Source of the DNA: a virus
Reading direction: 5' to 3' (one strand)
Length of the DNA stretch: 64,000 bases
Virus record (IMG/VR): IMGVR_UViG_3300024262_003767
Position numbers and translations under genes: made by a program. The notes below the pieces were generated by a model. It was given only the letters and a program-made list of their open reading frames with translations, did no database searches and was not told the origin of the DNA. Of the stretch, positions 18,368 to 26,772 are shown piece after piece; positions within the stretch are counted from its first letter, which is position 1, and each line of letters begins with the position of its first letter.

Positions 18368-19362
18368 TTAATCCTTTCTTTTTTTAGTAAAATATAATTT
18401 TTACTGATGGAATTATTTATTATTCCTTCATAACTTATTCTATTTGAACCTATCAAATTTAATTTGATATTAAGTTCATTAAAATATTTTCTCATTTCAT
18501 TTCTACCTTGAAATTCTTCAATTTTATCATCTGGACATTTTATTGTATATAACATCAATTTTCTATGTGACATTTGTGATGATTTATTTGTTCTTTTATT
18601 TACACTCCAACTCATATTTCGATAATCATTAGATTTATTATATAGATTATATCCTTTAGATCCATTTTTATATAATATTGCTGCTGGGCTTATTTTGTGT
18701 TTACCTGTTAATTTTTTTTCTTCATTCAATTCTCTAAAATACCCATGTACATTTTTTGAACCACTCATTTTTATTATATCTCCTTGTGGTGTCTTTATTT
18801 CATAAATTACTGATAGTGTTTTTTTTATTTTGTCAATAGTAATGCTAGTTTTATTTTTTTTGTAATTGGCGTTTTTGTGTGTCTCATAATACCTTTTTAA
18901 AGAGTCTCCAATTTTTTTCAATTTAGTTGCACTTCGTTTACTTTCTTGAAATTTTTTTGATATTTTTAACGATGCTGATATATTCTTTTTATGTTTATCT
19001 GTAAAAATTACACCACTTTCACCTTCACCACCATCACTTAAATTTATTAATGATCCTAATTTTAAATCTTTCCTTCCTATCTTTTTTATTGTAAGTTTTT
19101 CTAAATTAAATGATATATTTTCCTTTAAATTTTCATACAATTTAATAATTATTGGTTCTACCCCACTCTCTCTAATTTTTTTAATTTTATAGTACCGTAT
19201 TTTACTTTTTTTTATAACACTTTCATATAAGTGTACTTTAAATCTATCACCCTTACCTTTACCGACATAAAATGGTTCATGATCAAAAATTAAATCATCA
19301 AAAATATATTTACCAGGTTTTCTTGGATCTAAATAAACATAAACATAAAATTCATCACACAT
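18364..19362 (-). CDS. GIY-YIG homing endonuclease
   Basis: FYVYVYLDPRKPGKY ... PFYVGKGKGDRF; NUMOD3-like KHKKNISASLK; antisense, with 3' overlap with the aaRS-like gene. Confidence 0.75.
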   Translation of the reverse strand: MCDEFYVYVYLDPRKPGKYIFDDLIFDHEPFYVGKGKGDRFKVHLYESVIKKSKIRYYKIKKIRESGVEPIIIKLYENLKENISFNLEKLTIKKIGRKDLKLGSLINLSDGGEGESGVIFTDKHKKNISASLKISKKFQESKRSATKLKKIGDSLKRYYETHKNANYKKNKTSITIDKIKKTLSVIYEIKTPQGDIIKMSGSKNVHGYFRELNEEKKLTGKHKISPAAILYKNGSKGYNLYNKSNDYRNMSWSVNKRTNKSSQMSHRKLMLYTIKCPDDKIEEFQGRNEMRKYFNELNIKLNLIGSNRISYEGIINNSISKNYILLKKERIN

Positions 19363-19379
19363 TTCTTTTCTTTTTATTC

Positions 19380-19387
19380 TATATATA
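19380..19387 (-). promoter_or_regulatory. TATATATA box
   Basis: 17 nt upstream of the GIY-YIG start at 19362. Confidence 0.4.
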
Positions 19388-19442
19388 AAATAAAAAATGT
19401 CATATTTTTACACTTTTTTGTAAAAGTAGAACTTTATGAATT

Positions 19443-19450
19443 TATATATA
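19443..19450 (+). promoter_or_regulatory. TATATATA box
   Basis: 14 nt upstream of the RHH ATG at 19465. Confidence 0.4.
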
Positions 19451-19464
19451 AATATAAAAAGAAT

Positions 19465-19614
19465 ATGAAAAAAAAGAAAATAAAAGTATATTTTACTATG
19501 GACGAAGAATTATATATAGAATTTGAGAAACATATTGATAGAAATTTGGTAAATAAATCTAAACTTATTGAAAAATTAATAAAAGAATATATGAAAATTA
19601 AAAAATTAATATAA
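19465..19614 (+). CDS. Ribbon-helix-helix (CopG/Arc-like) small DNA-binding protein, 49 aa (below ORF-track cutoff)
   Basis: Own translation: MKKKKIKVYFTMDEELYIEFEKHIDRNLVNKSKLIEKLIKEYMKIKKLI; strand-helix-helix pattern; TATATATA box 14 nt upstream. Confidence 0.5.
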   Translation: MKKKKIKVYFTMDEELYIEFEKHIDRNLVNKSKLIEKLIKEYMKIKKLI

Positions 19615-19619
19615 TAAAA

Positions 19620-19808
19620 ATGGAAAACAAAAAACGAATTTTTTGTCACACTTGCGAAAAAGAGTATGTTATTACTTCAAAAGAAAATAGTGAAAAATTA
19701 AAAAAAGATTATAAATGTGATTATTGTGACAATGAATTTATTCATGTTGAAAATGATAGAGGTCATAGCATATCTTTTAGATTCCAAAATTTAGATATGA
19801 TATATTAA
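19620..19808 (+). CDS. Small zinc-ribbon protein
   Basis: CHTCEKEY ... CDYCDNEF. Confidence 0.45.
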   Translation: MENKKRIFCHTCEKEYVITSKENSEKLKKDYKCDYCDNEFIHVENDRGHSISFRFQNLDMIY

Positions 19809-20017
19809 GGATTTTTCAAATGTTTATTACAATTGTTATACATACATACACCCAAAATAATTGTAGACAATGCAACCAAACCTATAATTATTTTGTGGTA
19901 TAACATTGTGTCTACACCAGCGCAACAGCTAAAAAAACTAAATGTTATTATAAGTAGATAAGTTACAAATCCTATAGATGAACCTAATAGTGCAAAATTT
20001 ATTAAAAATGTTTTCAT
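19805..20017 (-). CDS. Small membrane protein (2 TM)
   Basis: Hydrophobic segments FALLGSSIGFVTYLLIITFSFF and IIIGLVALSTIILGV. Confidence 0.45.
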   Translation of the reverse strand: MKTFLINFALLGSSIGFVTYLLIITFSFFSCCAGVDTMLYHKIIIGLVALSTIILGVCMYNNCNKHLKNP

Positions 20018-20113
20018 ACACTATATATACTTATAATAACATTAAGTTGCTATTTTTGTGTGTGATAGATAATTCTATTTAATGTGATAAAAATCACATT
20101 TTTATTTTAGTTT

Positions 20114-20431
20114 TTAATTTTTTTCAACTAAAATAATATCTTTTTTTGAAAATCTAATAATGAAAAATTTACTGAGAATATTTTTTAGTTCATTATCCAA
20201 ATTTGAATCTGGTAGGGTTTCAAAATCAAAAATTCGTAATTGCTTTCCAAATATCTTATTTTCTAAAATTAATTTAAATAGAAATTCTCCCGCATTTAAA
20301 ATTTCACCTTTAATATCCAATTCAATATCATTGGTAGTTTCACCATTAATTTTAATCTGCCCATTTTTAAACCGTTGTCTTATATCATTCGAAAAAAGCC
20401 CCATCGATTTAAGCACTTCTGAAATTTTCAT
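20114..20431 (-). CDS. Hypothetical protein (possible S4-like RNA-binding motif)
   Basis: SNDIRQRFKNGQIKINGE resembles the S4 domain turn; weak. Confidence 0.45.
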   Translation of the reverse strand: MKISEVLKSMGLFSNDIRQRFKNGQIKINGETTNDIELDIKGEILNAGEFLFKLILENKIFGKQLRIFDFETLPDSNLDNELKNILSKFFIIRFSKKDIILVEKN

Positions 20432-20433
20432 TA

Positions 20434-20676
20434 TTATATAATTTGTTCAATCTTGATTTGCGTATCAATGATTGTAAAAGTTAAACATTTCTTTATTTTT
20501 GATCCAAAGTAGATATATAATACTCTTACACTATCATAATGTTCATCTTTTACTTTACTTATTTTCACGTCAATAGAGTCTTTAAGCAAAGTTCTAACAT
20601 CTGATATTTTAAACTTGAAGTTGTTTTGTATAATAAAAGATTTTACAATAGCACTTATTAATTCACCATCTCTCAT
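20434..20676 (-). CDS. Hypothetical protein
   Basis: ORF track. Confidence 0.45.
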   Translation of the reverse strand: MRDGELISAIVKSFIIQNNFKFKISDVRTLLKDSIDVKISKVKDEHYDSVRVLYIYFGSKIKKCLTFTIIDTQIKIEQII

Positions 20677-20790
20677 TTATATTAATTTTGAAGTTATTTA
20701 TACCATTTATATATTCAATGTTTTACACAAGTTTAAAAATTATTATATAAACTACATTGCAAAACTACTAAAAAGATTTAGAAATAAAAA

Positions 20791-21897
20791 CTATTTACCA
20801 AATCTACTTTTTGTTGAATTGTAAATTTGTAAACTCTCATCTGATGTTAAATTTCTATCATATATCATCAATTTACCAATAGAACCATTGCCGAAAGTAA
20901 AACTTCCATATTGGTTGAATTGTATCTGAGTCCATGATGATAATGCAACATTTTTAAATTCTAACATATGCCATTCACCATCTCGGATATAATCATATAT
21001 GTTTGGTGTATCAACCGTGTCCATATAAAAATCAGGAGTACCACAATTACCATAATATTCTTTGTTAGATGAACTATATGCACCAAGGTAAAATGCTGTC
21101 GTTTGTGCACCTAAAAATAATGCCTGTGTGTCTGTTGTTTTTATCCAAAATATAACCGTACAAGTATTTGAGTTTGTTATTGTGTCTGTACAGGTTATAC
21201 CACCATCAGTTAAATTAAATATTTCTTCAAAACTGTCATGAACTATACCAGAACCGTCAAGAGAGAAAGATAAGTTTCTATTCACATCATACCAAGTAGT
21301 GTTGGTTCGTTGAGGTCCAGTAAAATTTGTCATATAAGATTTCTGTTCTATTTGTGGCGCATAAAAAGCATATTTATTTCCAGTTGAACCACCATAAGAA
21401 CTAATATACATTGAAGTCACATCTGTAGCAGGAGTTGTAAAAGTTTTAGATATTCTTATCCATCTATTTGAGGGCCAGGTGTTCCACGATGAACTTCCTT
21501 TATATTCTAAATATCCTTGATTTGTGTTGTGTGGTTGAGGTCTACAATACGGTGAACTTCCACCAATTATAGGTTCATTTTGCCAGAACCAAACAGATGC
21601 GGTATATTCTGTAGATGTTGTGACTGCGGCATTTCCACATCCCATATGGAGACTACCTGTTGTTGTAACTAGTTCAGATAATACACTATAACCTGGAAAA
21701 GGAGGATCAATAGTCAAATCGTTTGAACTCCAAGTAGCAGCACCAGAATTAACCCAACTAGATCTCCAACTTAATGAATTGTCAGATTGATATGATAGAT
21801 TAGTAGTAGATTCACCAGGAAATGAATTCAAATCTTTGGCATCTAAATTTATTAAAAGTCCATCTGTTACTATTTTTGGTCCTATTGATACTCCCAT
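20791..21897 (-). CDS. LamG/concanavalin-A-like jelly-roll structural protein (fibre or receptor-binding candidate), paralogue 2
   Basis: MGVSIGPKIVTDGLLINLDA.. N-terminus and ..MIYDRNLTSDESLQIYNSTKSRFGK Laminin_G_3-type ending; paralogous to the upstream gene. Confidence 0.6.
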   Translation of the reverse strand: MGVSIGPKIVTDGLLINLDAKDLNSFPGESTTNLSYQSDNSLSWRSSWVNSGAATWSSNDLTIDPPFPGYSVLSELVTTTGSLHMGCGNAAVTTSTEYTASVWFWQNEPIIGGSSPYCRPQPHNTNQGYLEYKGSSSWNTWPSNRWIRISKTFTTPATDVTSMYISSYGGSTGNKYAFYAPQIEQKSYMTNFTGPQRTNTTWYDVNRNLSFSLDGSGIVHDSFEEIFNLTDGGITCTDTITNSNTCTVIFWIKTTDTQALFLGAQTTAFYLGAYSSSNKEYYGNCGTPDFYMDTVDTPNIYDYIRDGEWHMLEFKNVALSSWTQIQFNQYGSFTFGNGSIGKLMIYDRNLTSDESLQIYNSTKSRFGK

Positions 21898-23243
21898 TAT
21901 TTACCAAATTTACTTTTTGTTGAATTATAATTTTGAATGGCTTCTGACTCTAAAATTGCTCTATTGTAATATTTAAAAATTGATATATATCCGTCAAAAT
22001 AAGATCCATATGATGCGTGAGCAGTTCCATACCCTTTACCAATACTACTAATAGTCACATTATTGGTTGTGAATGATGGAGAATACACTCCGATATATTC
22101 CCCATCAAAATAAAGAGTTTGTGCTCCATTAGTTGATGTTATTATCACATGGTGCCAGTTTAAATCGGCAACAACACCAGTATTAAAAACTCCCCAATAT
22201 TCTTCATTAATATCTCTTTCACCTCTAAATTGAAATGTATTTGAAACTATTGTATAATCAAGAAGTTGCATATAACCAGCAACACCATTCAATAATCGTA
22301 ATGCGTTATTAGTATTTGTTACATCTTGTGAAGTTAATGTGTTTCGTTTAACCCAAAATTCAACAGTACAAGAATTGAGATCTATTATTGTTGTGTTTAT
22401 ATCAACTTTATTGCCGCTTGTTACACCACCACTAAAATATATTTGTTTGTTACTATCATAGGACATATTTGTAATGTCTCCATTATTGTTACCTATTAAA
22501 TCCACCCAACCTTTTGTTGGTGATACACCCAATAAATCTCTAATATAAGGTTCTGAACCATCACACTTATCCATTCTTGGGTCATAAAATTGTAATTGAG
22601 TTGTACCATCAGTACAATAGTAATGATAAGTTCTATGATATGATGTTGTTGTTGATGGGTTCCACTTACAATCAACACCTATATTACAACCATTAATATC
22701 ACCAATTCTACCACTAGTTGAATACACACCCGTATCATTGTGTCTAGTTGTACCGTCATATGTATGGTAAAAACAATGTCCAACATATAAATACCATTGA
22801 TCTTTTATTAAAGATGATGTTGCTGAACAATTCCAATATGGATTACCACCTTCAGAACCATCTAATTTTACAACAGTAGGACCTAATCCAAAATAAAAAG
22901 TGCCACCACCAGAATCAGAAATTCGTTTTACCCAAATGGAAAATCTATAAGTATAATTAACATCTACACTATAAGATGATGTATTCCAACCACCATCTGC
23001 GTCACTAATTGTGTTTCCACTTGTCTTCCATACAACTGCCGATTCCCCCATAGGGTTTATATCTACAATTCTACTATTCTCACTAGTTGCACCATTTTGA
23101 CTAAATCCAGTCACACCACCTGTTCCAACAGTCCAATTATCCATATTAATATCAGAATGTCTAACATAAGATCTACTATTTGTTGCATCTAAACATAAAA
23201 CTAAACCGTCTGTTACTATTTTAGGACCAACAGTTACACCCAT
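21897..23243 (-). CDS. LamG/concanavalin-A-like jelly-roll structural protein, paralogue 1
   Basis: MGVTVGPKIVTDGLVLCLDA.. and ..KYYNRAILESEAIQNYNSTKSKFGK; TAATG stop/start overlap with paralogue 2. Confidence 0.6.
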   Translation of the reverse strand: MGVTVGPKIVTDGLVLCLDATNSRSYVRHSDINMDNWTVGTGGVTGFSQNGATSENSRIVDINPMGESAVVWKTSGNTISDADGGWNTSSYSVDVNYTYRFSIWVKRISDSGGGTFYFGLGPTVVKLDGSEGGNPYWNCSATSSLIKDQWYLYVGHCFYHTYDGTTRHNDTGVYSTSGRIGDINGCNIGVDCKWNPSTTTSYHRTYHYYCTDGTTQLQFYDPRMDKCDGSEPYIRDLLGVSPTKGWVDLIGNNNGDITNMSYDSNKQIYFSGGVTSGNKVDINTTIIDLNSCTVEFWVKRNTLTSQDVTNTNNALRLLNGVAGYMQLLDYTIVSNTFQFRGERDINEEYWGVFNTGVVADLNWHHVIITSTNGAQTLYFDGEYIGVYSPSFTTNNVTISSIGKGYGTAHASYGSYFDGYISIFKYYNRAILESEAIQNYNSTKSKFGK

Positions 23244-23265
23244 AAAACTTTATTAGTTTTACAAA

Positions 23266-23273
23266 TATATATT
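23266..23273 (-). promoter_or_regulatory. TATATATT box
   Basis: 22 nt upstream of the LamG paralogue 1 start at 23243. Confidence 0.4.
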
Positions 23274-23295
23274 TTAATAAAAAATTGGGTATTTT

Positions 23296-24060
23296 TTAAC
23301 CGTAGTATTTTTCACACAAAACCTTATCATTATACATATCACCAGTTTCTAAAACCATAGGTATATCGTATAATTTAATCATATTTACAATATTATCAAC
23401 CTCACGATTATTAAATTTTCCTGTTTCATCGAAAAGAGAAATATTATGTCTATCAAGGTGTTTTCCAAATTCAACTTCGGGACTTGGATTATTTAGGTGA
23501 ACTAAATCAATATACTTATGATATTTTTCAATAATTTCAAGAACATCATAACCAGCAGCGTAAGAATGTGCAGTATCAAAACACATACCTAAATTTAATT
23601 CAGGATTATTATCAATAAATTCAATAATATCATTAAGATTTAACCGATTACCACCTTCAGCAGTACTTTCAATTAAAATTTTAGTTTTTGCATTTGTTTT
23701 TTGGTAGGCTCTTTTTAGATTATAAAGTGTGTTTTTAATACCTTCTTCTTTGTCTTTATTTGAACCCATATGTATAACTAATCCACTTGCTTCAATAGCA
23801 TCACAAAAATTAAGATTGTCGGCTAATGATTTAGGTAAAACTGGTTTATCTGATGCAAGGTTTACATAATAATTAATGTGTACAAATATAGGAATGCGCA
23901 ATTCTTTCATTGCTTGAACATTTTCGTTTGTGTGGTTTGAAGGAAAATAACTTCTTGGACTACCAGGAAAAATCTGTATAGAACCAAGTTTCTCAATCTT
24001 TGCTTGTTCAGCAGCGATTTTTAATCCTTTTGATATTGATAAGTGATATCCTATTTTCAT
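23296..24060 (-). CDS. nfo: Endonuclease IV (AP endonuclease, xylose-isomerase-like TIM barrel)
   Basis: MKIGYHLS, IQIFPGSPRSY, VHINYYVNLAS, VIHMGS, LIESTAEGGN, CFDTAHSYAAGYD, HLNN. Confidence 0.8.
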   Translation of the reverse strand: MKIGYHLSISKGLKIAAEQAKIEKLGSIQIFPGSPRSYFPSNHTNENVQAMKELRIPIFVHINYYVNLASDKPVLPKSLADNLNFCDAIEASGLVIHMGSNKDKEEGIKNTLYNLKRAYQKTNAKTKILIESTAEGGNRLNLNDIIEFIDNNPELNLGMCFDTAHSYAAGYDVLEIIEKYHKYIDLVHLNNPSPEVEFGKHLDRHNISLFDETGKFNNREVDNIVNMIKLYDIPMVLETGDMYNDKVLCEKYYG

Positions 24061-24073
24061 ATATTTTAAAATT

Positions 24074-24111
24074 AAAAGTGTTTACCCATTATATAATGAG
24101 TAAACACTTTT
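24074..24111 (-). terminator. Terminator between the phosphatase and nfo genes
   Basis: aaaagtgtttac (24074-24085) pairs with gtaaacactttt (24100-24111); the 14-nt loop contains ttatataat. Confidence 0.55.
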
Positions 24112-24113
24112 GT

Positions 24114-24908
24114 TTATTTGATATTTACAACATAAAATGCTTTCTTCTTATGAAGAACATCAATGAAAGTGATGCTAGTGTTGTCACCTTTATATGGTTT
24201 TAAAGTGTGAACATCACCACAAGGATTATGTCCAACTATCTGATGATATCCAACTATTGGTTTATTTGCCAATTCTTTATCTAACCATAGTGGTCCACCT
24301 ACTTTACAATGTCCACCTCTACGATGACCAACATCAAACATACATTCCATTCTATGAGTAAATGCCAAATTCAATTTATCTGCAAGGTTGTTGATTGTAT
24401 AATCAATTTCCATTCTTTTTAGAAATTCTTCTACTTTATAGAATTCTTTATCAAATCTAGTATTGTACCAACCTTTGTGTACGCCTGCGTGAGTGAATAG
24501 ATAATTTTCAACTTGAAATGCCATTTGAAACAACTCAAAGTTTTTATTAAATAGTTCATATAAATCAAATCGCATTTCTGGACGATAACCACTACATTCA
24601 TATTTATTGCTATGAATCCAAGGTGAAGTTAATGCGTAATGTAATTCGTGATTACCCCACAACAGAATAACATTCCGTGGATAAAGTGTTTTGAATTTAA
24701 TTAAATCAATTATATTTTCTCGTATCTGATTGTTATCTTTATCAAAAGCATCACAGTAGTCACCAAGAAAAACATAATAATCATAATCCATATCAACAAT
24801 ATCATATATCTGGTTGCCTTCTTCCATTTGAAGAAGGTAACTGATATCGGCAAAAGTTTTCCAAACATTTCTACCGTGCAAATCTCCTATGACCATTATT
24901 TTTTTCAT
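24114..24908 (-). CDS. Calcineurin-like metallophosphoesterase (Ser/Thr phosphatase/ApaH-like)
   Basis: IMVIGDLHGR, FLGDYCD, WGNHE; start moved to MKKIMVIG (ATG at 24908). Confidence 0.7.
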   Translation of the reverse strand: MKKIMVIGDLHGRNVWKTFADISYLLQMEEGNQIYDIVDMDYDYYVFLGDYCDAFDKDNNQIRENIIDLIKFKTLYPRNVILLWGNHELHYALTSPWIHSNKYECSGYRPEMRFDLYELFNKNFELFQMAFQVENYLFTHAGVHKGWYNTRFDKEFYKVEEFLKRMEIDYTINNLADKLNLAFTHRMECMFDVGHRRGGHCKVGGPLWLDKELANKPIVGYHQIVGHNPCGDVHTLKPYKGDNTSITFIDVLHKKKAFYVVNIK

Positions 24909-24949
24909 AATGCAAAGATACAACTTTTCTTATTATAAAAAAAGAGGTA

Positions 24950-25249
24950 TTACCTCTCTTTTTTTAATCGTTTTGTTTTTTGTTTTCGTAATTGCCTTCG
25001 TAATGCTTCAGTTGCCATATCAATTGAACGTTCAAAGTTTTCAGATTGTTTTTTTGAATATAAAGAACAACCTTGACAATTTAATTTAATTTCAACAATT
25101 TTATTTTCAGGTTTATTCCCTATTCCTAATATTACGTCAACATCTATAATATGTTGATGATGTTCTGTTAATTTTTTAATTTTTTCTTTTATAAAAAAAA
25201 CGAGTTTATTGTCTGTTTTAAAATGAACAGATTCAATGTTTAAATTCAT
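24950..25249 (-). CDS. hpf: Ribosome hibernation promoting factor (short HPF/RaiA)
   Basis: MNLNIESVHFKTDNKLVFFIKEKIKKL ... ATEALRRQLRKQKTK; matches short HPFs over the full length. Confidence 0.85.
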   Translation of the reverse strand: MNLNIESVHFKTDNKLVFFIKEKIKKLTEHHQHIIDVDVILGIGNKPENKIVEIKLNCQGCSLYSKKQSENFERSIDMATEALRRQLRKQKTKRLKKER

Positions 25250-25333
25250 TGTGCGAATTTTTATTTGTGAAATGAGATTTGATCATCTTATGTTTTATAT
25301 AAGATATTTGAAATGAAGTTTTAAACTTTGGTA

Positions 25334-25684
25334 TTATTTTTCAACATTTTTTGGAATAAACACAGATTTGTTATATCTATTTGTTGTTTCATTATTTAGA
25401 GTGGCAACTTTTTGCACATTTCTAACATTTTTACTTGCATTAAGTACATCCATTTTAAATGCATCTATATAATGATATCTGATGATTTTATTCTTTTTAA
25501 CTTTAGTATAATCCTTTTCAAGATTGATTACTTTTTTTACTTCTAAAAGTGCATCTTCATACCTCTTAAATGGTAATTTATTATATTTTCTCCAATATTT
25601 TATAAATAAAAACCATTTGGTATATTGAATGGTATACTCTTTACTTTCTCCAATAATTATTTCTTTTATTCTAAAATGTCTCAT
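25334..25684 (-). CDS. Hypothetical protein
   Basis: ORF track. Confidence 0.45.
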   Translation of the reverse strand: MRHFRIKEIIIGESKEYTIQYTKWFLFIKYWRKYNKLPFKRYEDALLEVKKVINLEKDYTKVKKNKIIRYHYIDAFKMDVLNASKNVRNVQKVATLNNETTNRYNKSVFIPKNVEK

Positions 25685-25701
25685 ATGTTATATATTATTA
25701 A

Positions 25702-25974
25702 TTAAAAATCCCCAGAAGTAGTAATTTTTTTCACCAAACCATTCTCATCAATTCTAACTGTGTCACCTTCAACTAATGATTTGCTGATTGCATTTGTGGT
25801 TGCTGTTTTATAAATAGTAAACACCTTATTATCACCATCTCTTAATACAATAGAACTTGTTTCTGGATCTATTGCTACCACAATTACTGGTGGTTTGCGA
25901 TTATTTATTCTATTATTTGATGAATAATGACACCCAAACATTAAGAATAATAATAATATGAGTATTTTTTTCAT
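25702..25974 (-). CDS. Lipoprotein
   Basis: MKKILILLLFLMFGC lipobox signal peptide. Confidence 0.6.
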   Translation of the reverse strand: MKKILILLLFLMFGCHYSSNNRINNRKPPVIVVAIDPETSSIVLRDGDNKVFTIYKTATTNAISKSLVEGDTVRIDENGLVKKITTSGDF

Positions 25975-25992
25975 ACTACTTTCTTTTTTTAT

Positions 25993-26000
25993 TATATATT
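25993..26000. promoter_or_regulatory. TATATATT box in a divergent region
   Basis: 18 nt from the minus-strand ATG at 25974; 30 nt from the plus-strand ATG at 26031. Confidence 0.4.
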
Positions 26001-26030
26001 AAATATTATATTTGTAAAAAAATTGTACAT

Positions 26031-26282
26031 ATGTTTGATAAATTACCATATACATCTAAGTTGAAAGTTTGTGAATTGTTTTATCTTGAAACAATTAGGA
26101 TTCCTAAAGATTATTTGTTACCGAAAAAAATATTTTTTTCGTGGAGTTGGATAACTGTTGAAACGTTATCAGGTGAAAGACTATTTAGAAGGGTTGAGGT
26201 TGAGAATTGGTATAATAATAATTTAAAATCAATTAGAAAACATAAATTACTTAGCATAACAAAAAGAGAAATGGTTAGCTAA
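26031..26282 (+). CDS. Hypothetical protein
   Basis: ORF track; ends SIRKHKLLSITKREMVS. Confidence 0.45.
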   Translation: MFDKLPYTSKLKVCELFYLETIRIPKDYLLPKKIFFSWSWITVETLSGERLFRRVEVENWYNNNLKSIRKHKLLSITKREMVS

Positions 26283-26320
26283 ACTAACTACCTCTCTTTA
26301 ATGTATATTTCTTAGGATGA

Positions 26321-26473
26321 CTATTTATCTTTTTTAGTCTCTTTGGTTTCCTTTTCTTCTTTCTTTTCAAGAACATCTTTAGCAACGTCTGTTCTCTTAG
26401 TTTTCTTTGCTGGCTTGTTGTACTTTTCACTATGTTCTGTGAAAGAAAGTAAGTTATTTAATTTATCTGCCAT
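26321..26473 (-). CDS. Small lysine-rich hypothetical protein, 50 aa (below ORF-track cutoff)
   Basis: Own translation: MADKLNNLLSFTEHSEKYNKPAKKTKRTDVAKDVLEKKEEKETKETKKDK; TATATATT box 20 nt upstream. Preferred over the antisense ORF 26343..26525. Confidence 0.3.
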   Translation of the reverse strand: MADKLNNLLSFTEHSEKYNKPAKKTKRTDVAKDVLEKKEEKETKETKKDK

Positions 26474-26493
26474 TTCTTTGTTTTATTTTTTAT

Positions 26494-26501
26494 TATATAT
26501 T
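26494..26501 (-). promoter_or_regulatory. TATATATT box
   Basis: 20 nt upstream of the small-ORF ATG at 26473. Confidence 0.35.
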
Positions 26502-26596
26502 AAAAATATAAACTCATTTTTATAGTCTATATATTAATATTTTTCTTTGTTTTTTCTAACTATCAGAAAAAAGAAAAAACTTATCATACACTTTTT

Positions 26597-26606
26597 TATA
26601 TATATT
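26597..26606 (+). promoter_or_regulatory. TATATATATT box upstream of the leader ORF/structured leader
   Basis: 17 nt upstream of the ATG at 26624. Confidence 0.4.
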
Positions 26607-26623
26607 AGAAATTTAAACTATAA

Positions 26624-26704
26624 ATGAAACATATTTATTCATACAAATCAGGTCTAACAGCGGATTTTTGTTTTAGTGGTTTTAAACAAAAATTCCGTAT
26701 ATGA
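26624..26704 (+). CDS. 26-codon leader/mini-ORF upstream of the YkuK-like gene
   Basis: Own translation: MKHIYSYKSGLTADFCFSGFKQKFRI; ATG 17 nt after the TATATATATT box; covers the left arm of the 13-bp stem. Confidence 0.3.
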   Translation: MKHIYSYKSGLTADFCFSGFKQKFRI

Positions 26705-26728
26705 TTTGCTATATAGTTTAAAACCACT
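26675..26728 (+). promoter_or_regulatory. Candidate antiterminator stem (13-bp perfect inverted repeat)
   Basis: agtggttttaaac (26675-26687) pairs with gtttaaaaccact (26716-26728). The right arm overlaps the left arm of terminator 26720-26746. Confidence 0.4.
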
Positions 26729-26752
26729 TCATTACGAGGTGGTTTTTTATTT
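26720..26752 (+). terminator. Intrinsic terminator 20 nt upstream of the YkuK-like start codon
   Basis: aaaaccacttc / gaggtggtttt 11-bp stem (one G-U pair), 5-nt loop attac, then ttttatttt. Confidence 0.6.
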
Positions 26753-26772
26753 TTAAAAACATACTATAAAAA

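Noticed and set aside
19434-19649. Minus-strand 71-aa ORF
   Set aside because: It is low-complexity (F/I/Y/N) and has no upstream signal. The plus strand encodes a convincing RHH protein with a correctly spaced TATATATA box.
20081-20100. Hairpin aatgtgat aaaa atcacatt as a terminator for 20114..20431
   Set aside because: The stem is all A/T apart from two G-C pairs. The T-run lies on the plus strand, where no gene ends nearby, and the minus-strand side lacks a U-tract.
26343-26525. Plus-strand 60-aa ORF
   Set aside because: It has a non-ATG start, S/F/L-rich composition and no promoter box. The minus-strand 50-aa ORF (26321..26473) has an ATG and a box 20 nt upstream, though that ORF is also low confidence.
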